A stretch of 64,000 nt of DNA from Felis catus (taxonomy: Eukaryota), in the NCBI RefSeq assembly GCF_018350175.1, contig NC_058368.1, forward strand, positions 203,610,001-203,674,000, read 5' to 3'. The notes beneath the pieces are model-generated. The model did no database searches. It saw only the letters and a list, made by a program, of their open reading frames with translations, and was not told where the DNA came from. Made by a program: the position numbers and the translations under genes. Of the stretch, positions 1-11,790 are shown piece by piece (position 1 is the first letter of the stretch; the number at the start of each line of letters is the position of its first letter).

Positions 1-504
1 CTGTTTTCTCCTCTAGGGTTTTGATGGTTTCTTATCTCACATTCGGGTCCTTCATCCATTTTGAATTTATTTTTGTGAATGGTGTAAGAAAGTGGTCTAG
101 TTTCATTCTTCTGTATGTTGCTGTCCAGTTCTCCCAGCACCATTTGTTAAAGAGACTGTCTTTTTTTTCCATTGGATATTCTTTCCTGCTTTGTCAAAGA
201 TTAGTTGGCCATACTTTTGTGGGTCCAATTCTGGAGTCTCTGTTCTATTCCATTGGTCTATATGTCTGTTTTTGTGCCAATACCATGTTGTCTTGATGAT
301 TACAGCTTTGTAGTAGAGGTTAAGTCTGGGATTGTGATGCCTCCTGCTTTGGTCTTCTTCTTCAATACTACTACTTTGGCTATTATGGGTCTTTTGTGGT
401 TCCGTATAAATTTTAGGATTGCTTGTTCTAGCTTTGAGAAGAATGCTGGTGCAATTTTGATTGGGATTGCACTGAATGTGTAGATTGCTTTGGGTAGTAT
501 TGAC
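1..504 (-). mobile_element. L1 (carnivore/felid) ORF2 segment, inverted 5' part of a twin-primed insertion
   Basis: Reverse complement matches L1 ORF2 3' region (e.g. tagattgctttgggtagtattgac; tccagttctcccagcaccatttgttaaagagact). Confidence 0.9.
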
Positions 505-507
505 TTT

Positions 508-1467
508 ATGACATATCAGGCAAAGGGCTAGTATCCAAAATATGTAAAGAACTCACCAAACTCCACACCCAAAAAACAAATAATCCGGTGAAGAGATGGG
601 CAGAAGACATGAATAGACACTTCTCTGAAGAAGACATCCAGATGGCCAATAGGCAATGAAAAGATGCTCAACATCACTCCTCATCAGGGAAATACAAATC
701 CAAACCACACTGAGATATCACCTCATGCCAGTCAGAGTGGCTAAAATGAACAAATCAGGAGACTATAGATGCTGGGAGGGATGTGGAGAAACGGGAACTC
801 TCTTGCACTGTTGGTGGGAATGCAAACTGGTGCAGCCACTCTGGAAAACAGTGTGGAGGCTCCTCAAAACAGAGTTCGCTCTGGAAAGCAGTGTGGAAGT
901 TCCTCAAAAAATTAAAAATATATCTACCCTATGACCCAGCAATAGCACCACTAGGAATTTACCCAAGGGATACAGGAGTGCTGATGCATAGGGGCACTTG
1001 TACCCCCAATGTTTATAGCAGCACTTTCAACAATAGCCAAATTATGGAAAGAGCCTAAATGTCCATCAACTGATGAATGGATAAAGAAGTTGTGGTTTAT
1101 ATATGGAATGGACTACTACTTGGCAATGAGAAAGAATGAAATATGGCCTTTTGTAGCAACGTGAATGGAACCGGAGAGTGTTATGCTAAGTGAAATAAGT
1201 CATACAGAGAAAGACAGATACCATATGTTTTCACTCTTAGGTGGATCCTGAGAAACTTAACAGAAGACCACGGGGGAGAGGAAGGGAGAAAAAAAAGTTA
1301 CAGAGAGGGAAGGAGGCAAACCATGAGAGACTCTTAAAAACTGAGAATAAACTGAGGGTGGAAGGGAGGGGAAAGTGGGTGATGGGTATTGAGGAGGGCA
1401 CCTGTTGGGATGAGCACTGGGTGTTGTATGGAAACCAATTTGACAATAAATTTCATATTAAAAAAAA
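508..1467 (+). mobile_element. L1 (felid) 3' end: ORF2 C-terminus remnant, 3' UTR, AATAAA and short A tail
   Basis: ORF fragments [23 protein letters not shown] and [18 protein letters not shown] (ORF2 Cys-rich domain); caataaatttcatatt followed by A8 at 1460-1467. Confidence 0.95.
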
Positions 1468-1822
1468 GTTAGCAGACATAAGCATTTGGATATTGATGGC
1501 TATAATGCAAGCAGATTCCTAGAGTCTCAGTTATTGAGCAAACCTCCAAGATAAAAAAAAAAATATGGTGAAACAACATCTGAGTGGGGAGACCCCAGCA
1601 ACAAAGAAGCTCCAAAATTAGTGCATATGTTTCTTAAAGAAGTATCTAATCTTGCTTAATTTCTATGTTGACAAAAAATTTCAATCCAGCTCCCAAATAA
1701 ATTTTTCCAAGTTACTTCCCATGTACCACCTCTCTTTTAACTTTTATCCTGTGCAAATGATGTCATAACCAATGGTAATAATTTTACCGGTTGTAACTGT
1801 TTATAGTGTTAGCCACAAAATC

Positions 1823-2061
1823 TTTTTTTTAATTTTTTTTATTTTTAAGTTTATTTATTTGACAGAGACACCGAGAGAGAGACAGAGAGAACAAGTGAAC
1901 ACGGAGTGGCAGAGAGAGAGAAGGAGAGAGAGAATCCCAAGCAGGCTCTGCACTGTCAGCACAGAGCCTGATGTAAGCCTCGAACTCATGAACCAAGAGA
2001 TCATGACCTGAGCAGAAACCAACAGTCAGACACTTAACCGACTGAGTCACCCAGGCGCCCC
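1823..2061 (-). mobile_element. Can-SINE (SINEC_Fc-like)
   Basis: T-rich tail, (GA)n, reverse-complement head ...cacccaggcgcccc; degenerate TSD acaaaatcttttt / acaagatcatttt. Confidence 0.92.
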
Positions 2062-5000
2062 ACAAGATCATTTTTAATTATCAGAATATGAATGCGAAAT
2101 ATAACTGCTATGATTCAATCAGTCTGAATAAAAGATCCAAGTAGTTGTTTCTATTTTAAACTGAATAGGCAACAGTTTAGCAAAAAAATGACAATATCTA
2201 ATCAATTGAGCAAATAAACAATCCCTAACCTGTAAACAATTTAAATTGCTAGCTACTTTTATAGGGTGTTTCCCCTACTATAAAAACAGTATGACCATAA
2301 AGAAAAACAGTAGCATTTAATAAACTTTATTTTTAGCATTTATATAAAAATGTATATGCAGTTATTTTAGGAGAATATTACCATTTGGAGTTACGCTATG
2401 TATTTCATCTGAGAATATTCTTTCTTTTTTTTTCCCCACTATAATAAAAAGAATAGCTCTCAATTATTGCCAGTAATATTAGTGGCATATTCATGTTTAT
2501 ATCTCAAATATGCTTTTAATTTTCTGAAGCAGAGGCAAATTGCTGGTGATATCTTAATGTTTAGAGGTGGTTAATGCCAAAAGGCTTGGATCTGATCTTA
2601 AACTGAATATTTCCCAGATGTGTGGTAGGGTGAAAGGTGGAACAGCTAACAGAAACCAACTTCCTATCCATGTTAGACTTACTTAGGTGAGTTTTAAGTA
2701 AGGATTAATTAGACAATGAGACTTTATAAGCAGTCACCCTCACAGCTCCCACAGATAAAAGCTGAGGACCTGTTCAGTTGTAACATAAGCCATATGTTGA
2801 GAAAGAGCAGTTATCAACTACAACTGTCTCCTTGCACCTTGTTTATAATGCCTTTTTAGTCAACTTTCTTTTGAAAATCAAATACTTTTGGAAATGTTGA
2901 AAAGCTATTCACTGAAGGATTAAAGAACTTGCAGTTTTTGAGTACGTATCAGCTATTGAAGTAGCAAAAATATATGCAAAACATTTAATTCATACGGATG
3001 AGCTCATAAATATAAAAGGACAGCTTAAGAATGACAAGAGGAAACTGCTATTAATGTGGCTTATCCTAGACCAGCTTTGTACTAGCAGATACCCTGGGGA
3101 CACTAAGGCTCTAAAAACTCTACGTCTCCGTGGGAAGCCAGGCTGCCTATTTCAGGAAGAGGAATTTGGCACAAATTCACAGTTGTTTGTCCAGATTCAG
3201 CAGAGGCTAAAGATGAATTGGAACAAGATCTTGCCAGTTAGCCATTCTGAAGGGCTGACAAGAGTTTGCCACCTACAACAGCTGTTTTCTGTTGGAGCCT
3301 AGAAGGTAATTTTGCCAGGACTACTTAGAAGGTCTGAGCCATCGATGTCAAAACAAATGTTTATGATATTGAGAATATGCTCATTCCGTGGTATTTTTCA
3401 CTTAAGTTATCGTGGCAATATGGGTGCTGGTTGAGGTTGGAGGTGTTGATGAAGAAGAGAGTGGTGTCAGGTTAAAAGCCTACTATCAAAATATGCCAAA
3501 CTATTAGGACAAGATCTGCTTCAACAGATATCATAAAAACTAGATTTGGTGAAGTAAAAAAAAAAAAAAATCAATGAAAGGTACCTGTTTGCTAAAAGTA
3601 AGAGCAGAATCTTCATTTGTAATATCAACTCTTCAAATATATCATATATCAACAAGTTATTCTGGATAGGGATCTACATGAGATAATTTTCCTTATATAG
3701 TTTTCTCCTTAATCTTTCAAAGTATTTATGAACATAGGTAAGACTGTCAGGCTATGGTAAGAATTAAGGGAAGTATGAAGAATCTGAGAAAGTATCTTGC
3801 AAAGAAAATAACTATATGTTTTTCTGCCTCTAATAAATTGGTCAAAAAATTCTGTTTACTTAAAGACTTAGTGTGTCAATACTTTTCTTCAATTTAAAAG
3901 TCAAAAATACCTCTGACTTTCCAACACGATTACCTTACACAGTAATTAGCGAGCAAGGGCAACTGAAAAAAGAAAACAATCAGATTCCAGTAGGTAGTAC
4001 ACTCCTCACTCCCTAGGGATGCCAGTATTTCTGGAAGAGCTGAATGAAGTTGAGAGGGGAAAAAAAATGAAAACAATGGTCAGGTACAGGCATTTCACAG
4101 GATGGTGTCCATATCGCTTGAAGTTTGTGAGTGGGCAGACAGCTAAGAAAATGTCTCAGAAGCTCTCTTTTTGGAAATCAAGTTTGTGTAACTGGACAAG
4201 ACATGTGCCACAAGTCTGTGCAATTAGATCACATAGCCTAGTACCACAAACATAATTATTAGCGGCTGTTTTTGTTGAATGGCAGGTTAGAAAAACAGTA
4301 AAAAGAGGAGTTGATGATGATGAATGGGGAAGGGCGTGAAATGGCTGTGCTCTTCTAGGAGCTTTTAAGTCTCGACATAAAGAAAAGACTCTGTCATCCT
4401 CTCCGGACTTAAAGTGTTGACTGAGAAAGCAAAGAGGGATGAGAAGGCTGTTTGTGGGCTAGAGGAATAAAGATAGGATCTCCCACCACGTCAGAAAGTT
4501 GTTAAGCACTCAAGGTGAAAACACCCATTGGGGTTTCAGAGTCAACAAGTAATTGTTTGTATTTGGACACTGGCAGCAGACTTCATTACCTTAACATTCT
4601 TGACCAAGTTTCTGAGGCAAAGGACAGGCCTTTGGTGTGGACTGAGTCCACTGGAGTGGTGTGGACTGAGATACTAGACTTCAAGGTTAGGGGACTTTTT
4701 TAAAGCTTTTCAAATAGGTTCTTACGACTGCACACCTATGTAAGGAGAAGGAATAAAGTGGTCTTTGACTTTTGTTGTGGAAGAAGCGAGTAGAATTTAG
4801 GAGGAAAATATTGAGCAGAATAATTCTGTACTTAGGTTTGGGACTTCATTTTATTCTTTCTCTTCCAACACCATGCGAGCTACGGTGGCTCTTTTCATGC
4901 TCGGTAGGTGGCTTTCATACACAGTAAACATCCAGTATTTTTTAATGTTTTCATAGGATTACATAAGGTAATCAGTCCCTCGAGGTAACGACTCATAACT

Positions 5001-8000
5001 TTGAGTTGAATATATATACCCAAGATTAATGTGAGGGATCAGTCTCTGGGTCAGAAACCCAGTAGAAGAAAAATTGGGCCAGTGGAGGGGGACAATGTTG
5101 TGCTCCTCTACATTCCTATCTGCCACAGAAGGTGAAAATGAACTGGCTTCTGATTTTACCCAAGTACCCAGGGTCGCTTGGCACCCCAAATTAAGAAGGG
5201 ATATCTGCCAATAGCTTTCTCTCTTTTCCTCTTTCCAGAGGAAAGTAAGTAGGCCGAAGTTGAAACAGGTACTTTGCACATTAATTTATTCAGATAAATT
5301 AATTTGTTCCATGATTCTATATTGGGCATCTGCTATGGGCAAGGCGCTGGTAGTACAGATGTGGCCCATACAACAAACAAAAGAGTCATGCTTTCAATAA
5401 ACTAAGGGAAAATTGAGACTCTACCTCCAACCAAATTCATTCTCCTTGTTCTTCACTGTAGTTCTCACTTCTGCCAAATGATCCACGATCAGACTTTTGA
5501 AAGAAGTTGCAATAAGCATACTGAACCATTTCTCCTTGATAAGAAAATTGGCCTAGTTCTTTTATCAGTGCATCAAGAATTAAGTTCAGCTACAGAGTAG
5601 CTGTAACCTGTCCATAAATAAAAACTGCTTAATAGAGTTTTATTCCTCAGCCCCATTTCTATGGTCTGCCATAGTTTAATCAAGCTTTTTGAGCTTTCTC
5701 AGAGCATGTCTATTTTTATTTATTTATTTGCTTAGTTTTTTTTTTAATTTTTATGATTGTATTTTAACCAGTTTGTTTGTATAAGACAGTCGTGCATGTT
5801 TCTATTCATATATCTATTTAATAACACTGACCAAAAATGTATACTGTATTATGGTCCTGGATTTCTGGGTCTGTTTTGGTAAAATAAGGAGACTTTAAAT
5901 ATAGCTCCTCCTAAAATTAAATTATGACACTAGATTTGACATCTCTTTGGACATCATTTGTAAAGATTCTTATACGAAAACAAACAGGGTTTACTTTGAA
6001 TCTTACCCAAGAATAATCTCCACTGAAATATTTCAATGTTTGTACTAAATTAAATTATATTATAACCAGAGTTTTCTTTTGGCTATCTAGAATTAGTAGG
6101 AGAGGAGGAAACATTTGCAATAGAAATCAAATAGTATGAAACTATTGAATGCTACTTGATTTTTATAGATATTTCAATTAATTTACTAACCTGACTTGCT
6201 CAAAAGTCAACCACTTTGCCTAGAAATGTATTTTGCCATTTCAATGGCAGTTTGACAAATTATTTTCAAGTTTTTAGATTCTGTTTTCCCTATCCCATAT
6301 CTATACACTGAAATTTTAATCATCATAAATTATTATAAATTATCATATTTCAGGTGAATTTAATCATTATTTGACAATACTATATACACTAGTCTGAATT
6401 GAGCAAGTAAATTCAAATTCCTTCTTACAATTGATTATATGAATTAAATAATATTAATTGAGTCTTCTGGGGGGGATGTTTTCAGATTTTGATAAATAAA
6501 CATAAATGGAAACATTTCTTCAAAATATAATATTGTGGCATTTCATCCAGCATAACTAATGTATCCTACAAAGAAGTTAAGACAACTTTTCTCTGCATAT
6601 AATTTTTCCCCCAAATTTTAAAGGTTTTCACAATTTTGGATAAAATTTTGAGTAAAGTGAAACATTTGCAGTTAGCGTGATTTAGGTCAAGTCGGTGCAT
6701 TCATTCTATTTCTTGCAGTGTTTCTCCTCTATCAACTTTTCAGTTTTGGTTTTCTCTTCATCTCTTTTTTTCTATAATCTGGATCCCAGAAATATTTTAT
6801 GTGTAAGAACTCAGGTACATAGTCGTTGTAACCTGTCTTCTAGTCTTAAATACTAAATTTTCAGCATGTTTTATTCAGACAAGTTGACTAAGACTTGCAC
6901 TAAGATGAGTGTGAAATAACACTTGCCTAAAATGCTGATAAATAATTATTTCCTGACATAATTCAATAAGCTTAAATGGACAAAAAGCAATCTTTGGAGA
7001 GGGAAATAAAAAAGAAAAATTGTTGTATTATTAAATCTATTGATCTAGCACAGTGCCATGAAGAGACCTTAAATGACCACCTGCAAGTATTTGTTGACTG
7101 ATGATCAATCAGGAACACTCCAGAGTCACATTTAATTTGCAGTTAAAAATGCAGCAGAAAATTATTCTTTAACACACTTTAACAATTAATTTACAATTGG
7201 GAGTATTGTCCCTAAAATTGTGTTGTTAGTTTCTGGTACTTTTAATGGTAGGTCAATGACAATGGCTAAACTATAATGCTGTTCAATTGAATATAGCCTT
7301 AAATTGAGAAATGATTTAGAATTTGCCACTGTGTTCATCAATAAGGCCAAGCTAATGACTACATTTGTCCTCGAAGCACCAGTTAAAAATGTCAGAAGGT
7401 CATTCTGGTCTTTAACAAATTAAGAAAAATATGTATCCTCTGATATAGAGAATTTTCTGCTAATGCGGGTCCTGTTTATGTCTGTGGTTCTAAATTCATG
7501 TCACGGTATCTCAAAGAACTGTGGATGATAGAGAAACTAAATCATTTCGGTTGCATTATGCTGAAAGGGCATCTGGAGTCTAAAATAGCACAGGGTGGCC
7601 AGAACTAGGCTAATGATTAGCCCACTCTGGGGTCCTCTTTTTAAAAGTGGGGAGATCATTCCAGAGCAAGTATATGCCTTTAACTCTGGGTGGAGGATAA
7701 CAGATCAAGTGACTCTCTACTGATTTGTAGCAATTTCTTGGCCATAAGCATAACAATAAAGGGGTCACATGGTCCCTTTATTTTTAGAATGGGGACACAA
7801 GTAGCCCTATGAGAATGCATGTAAAATACTTAAAGGAGTAACTGAAGGCACTTAAGTTTCAACCAACATTTCCACATTCTTATTCAGGGTAAGAAAATGA
7901 TGATTATGATAATCTTCTTCCAAATCTCTAAAAAAAATTACCTATAGACAACGATAAGGTATATTTGTACACAAATACCAAGTCCACATGGCTATAGTCA

Positions 8001-8042
8001 TGCAGATGTTGAGTCCCACACCTATCAAAAATACACAAAAGA

Positions 8043-8165
8043 GGGGTGCCTGGGTGGCTTAGTTGGCTGAGTCTCAGACTCTGGATTCTGGCTCAGGACA
8101 TGATTCCAGGGTTGTGGGATCAAGCCCTGCATCTGGCTCCATGCTGAGGGTGGAGCCTGCTTAAG

Positions 8166-8218
<53 letters not shown>

Positions 8219-8237
8219 ATAAATAAATAAACATTTT
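8043..8237 (+). mobile_element. Can-SINE with expanded (CT)n
   Basis: ggggtgcctgggtggct head, (CT)n 8168-8215, perfect 16-bp TSD aaaaatacacaaaaga at 8027 and 8238. Confidence 0.93.
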
Positions 8238-8439
8238 AAAAATACACAAAAGAAAAGCCTAGTACTTCTTTCCACATTCTTTAAATTTTTTTCATTGATG
8301 TTAGGCTGCTAACATTATGTGTGTCTATTCCTGTTTGTGGTTCTGTTTCTCTGTTTCTGTCAATGCTTTTTTTACGTCAAAAACCTGCTCCATTTCTGAA
8401 TTGTAGTGTATAGAACAGTGTGTTGTCCTTGCACCAACA

Positions 8440-8582
8440 GATTCAGCCATTCCCTAGGAAATGGCTAGAAATTCAAATTCTCTGGCGCCTCCCCAAATCT
8501 AGTAAATTAAAAAGCCCAGCAATCTGTGTTTAAACAAACCTTCCAGATAATTCTGATGCATGCTTAAGTTTGAGAACAGCTG
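8440..8582. mobile_element. MER5-like hAT-Charlie DNA transposon relic
   Basis: aatctgtgtttaaacaaaccttccagataattctgatgcatgcttaagtttgagaacagctg resembles the MER5A terminus. Confidence 0.6.
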
Positions 8583-8908
8583 ATATAAAAAAATGAGCCA
8601 GCTTCAGCAGATAGTAAATACCTATTCAATAACCACTTCTCCAGATTCCATGCAATCCTATGAACTGTATGCAATTAGTCCCAATTTGCAAATGAGGAAA
8701 CCAAGACTCAGGAATTAAAAATCACTTATTCAAAGTCATTTTGATGGCTAAGTAACAAAGCTGAGATGCTAAGCCAAGTTCTTCTGCTCTTTTAGAGCCA
8801 CTTCCCTCTCATTTATACTTCTTCCATTAATTTTGTCACATAAAATATGACTTTGATGTTCCCTTTAAAATTTTGTGTGCATGTGTGTCTGAAATTACTG
8901 GCTGCCTC

Positions 8909-8911
<3 letters not shown>

Positions 8912-8956
<45 letters not shown>
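8912..8956. repeat. (TG)n microsatellite
   Basis: About 22 uninterrupted TG units. Confidence 0.97.
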
Positions 8957-8958
<2 letters not shown>

Positions 8959-9389
8959 ATTGAGAGACAGACAGATGGTGGAAGGCAGGGTGGAGAGAAA
9001 TGAAATGGGAATATAAGTAGGCAATACAAAAAATAAAAGTAGTATCACAAATGTTGCTGTCCAGTTACTCTCAATTTACAGCATTAGAAACATTTTGACA
9101 TTCTTTCAAGACAGTTAAGCTAGAGTCTAGATGCACTTTTTGATATCGTTGAATCAAGTAAATATGCAATTCCAAACAGGGCTACTTAAGCTAAGAGCCA
9201 TACCCCTCAGCTATGTGCTCTCCTTTCCCAGTCTTCAAAAACACATTCTCTTCTTCCTTTTTGCATTCACCACTCATAGACTATTTTGCAGGGCATATGC
9301 TACCCATGAATTTGGTGACAGTTTTCTACTCATAATTTCTGTGAAACTTTTTGAGCTCATGTAATTGAAGCAAACAAACAGCAAAAATG

Positions 9390-9757
9390 CTGTTAAAGGT
9401 GATAAGACAGATTTTATTCAGACTACTGTAGTAAGGGAGAGAGATTACAATATTAACTGAGCTCAACTCCAACTAAGCCAAAGATGAATGAGGTTCTAAG
9501 GGAGAACAAAGGATTATGAGACTGGAGGAGGTGAGAAAAAAAGAAGAGTCTACATGGAAGTGAAAAATTATGGAAGGGAATAAGTGGAGAATCACTGAAA
9601 ATAGTTTGGGAAGGTAGGTTTGGACAATGTATGATTTGAAGCTGGATAGAATTGGGTTTTCTTAAGTAAAGACTCAGCATAGGACCTGAGGTCACCTTTA
9701 GGGACAGAGCCTATTGCAGGTGGAAGGCAGGCTTAAGTGTGGTCAAGTCTCTTTGCA
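9390..9757 (-). mobile_element. ERV1-type solo LTR relic (MER31/MER67-like)
   Basis: Begins tgttaaag...ttattcagactactg...ggagagag...ctcaactcc and ends ggtcaagtctctttgca, resembling this LTR group in reverse. Family name from memory. Confidence 0.5.
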
Positions 9758-11748
9758 AAGTGTTGAGGGAAGATCCTTTGTGCTCTGTGAGAGCAGCAGT
9801 TACATAATGTGTTGAGGTTTCAATTAATTTAACTTTCACATTAAAGAGAAATGAAAACATTATTTGAAATATTTTTAATTATTACGATGGAAATAGCTAT
9901 GTATTTTTTCTGGACATAATCTTATGAGCCTAGAATCTATTGGACTTCCTAGATGTAAAGTAGCATTTCACTGTCAAAAACCATGAGTGGAATCATGTTT
10001 TTAAGAAATTAAAGAGTGTAAATGAACTACCAGCTGAAATAATAATTGCTGTATAATTTTTGCAACCTTGGTAATTATGAAGCAAAATTATACCCCATTA
10101 GATTGTTTGCAAATTATCACAATTTTTATAACATAAGAAAATTATATTTGTTTTATCATAAATATAAAAGATAAAACTAACATAATTTGTTCTAAATATA
10201 AGCCTAAATATTATCATGTTTCCCCAGAATTTTTGCACATTTGTGTAGAACTTCACTCTCTGGAATGTAAGAAAGAATGTATCAAAAAGAGATTCTAGGA
10301 TTTCTACACAAAACCTCATATCCTGTACTCAGAAAAAAAACACCATCAAAACCTGCTCATAATTTTGACTCAATTCTAACCAGACCTCATATTAATTTAT
10401 CAGCTTATTTTAATGGAGGTACTCATAAGCTCCTTAGAGCATCCTACTTTCATAGCAGAGAAAGTCATTAGAGATAATGTCATCAAGAAAAACATTAAAT
10501 TTTGATTAGTAATCTCCATATATGAACAAAAAAGTGAATGAACTTGAAGATGAAGGTGCCAAATTATTTTTTAATAAAATCTAAAAAGCTATAAAACTTT
10601 AATTACCTAGAAAATTAATCTATATAAAAATTAATCTCTTTGTGTTAACTAATCGGTATGCGTCTCTAAAATACCTTTTGAAATCTAAAAATCAAGTGTC
10701 TGCTAGAATATGGAGAAAAGTATTCAAAACAGATAAAACAGTCTTTATTACTGCCTTTTTTATTTTGCTGTTTTTAACTTTATTCAACAAAACCTGATTT
10801 AGTGGAAAGAGAATGGGCCTTGGATCCAAACATTGAACCCACCCTACCCCAGGTGAGTGTGTGTCCACCAATTGATTTAATTTCTCCAAGGCCCAATCTC
10901 AACGTGTACAAAAAATAATGCTTACCTGATACGTTTTGTGAGACTGAGATATGAATATTAAAAGTATATGATACAAGACAGTCATTCTGTATTAGTTCTT
11001 GATTTTTATACTATTACTCTCTTCCAATTCAACTTACCCCAACCGGTGCTTTTCTTAACCAAGAAAGCTGCCTTGAGACCTCATGCTCTAGATAGCCTTT
11101 CTGATCCATGTCTGACACCCCTTTTCTCACAATTTTAATAATGAATAGTTGAAGAGCCATACATATATTAAGAAAGTTTAAAGGAGTTTCAGATTTGTAA
11201 TAATTGCCTATAAATAACAAATATTTATATTTTGCAATCCACTGACTTTTCCTTTGAAGTATACACATTTTGGCATTTCCTTTTACTTTCATTTTCATTT
11301 TATTTGTATGTAGAGTTATTAATTTATCTCAAGGATTTACAAATTTTACTATACTATCGAAAGAAAAAAATTCTGTATTTAATGAATGCTGAGTTTTCCT
11401 TTATTCAGCTAGTTGCTGGACTGCCCACTCATTGATTCATTATGATTCATTCAATAAAAATATATTGAGCTCATATTATGAACCATGTATGTATGCCCTG
11501 TTCTAATTTTTTTAAAAAAAATGAACATCACTGCGATTTCTATGGTTCTTTGAGAAAGATACACTACGGAGATAGGACTCACAGGTGATTCTCAAGACCG
11601 CAGATGGAGCCATTTAGCCCCATACTCTAGGGTGTGGCCACATAATCTCTGAGGTGTATAGGGTAAATATGATAACAACTCCAGAAAGTCACAGTCGGGA
11701 GTACAGGCCTTTTTATATTAGTATATAATTAGAAATTATAATTAGGAT

Positions 11749-11790
11749 ATATTATATTATATTATATTATATTATATTATATTATATTAT
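11749..11790. repeat. (ATATT)8 pentanucleotide microsatellite
   Basis: Direct reading of the sequence. Confidence 0.95.
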
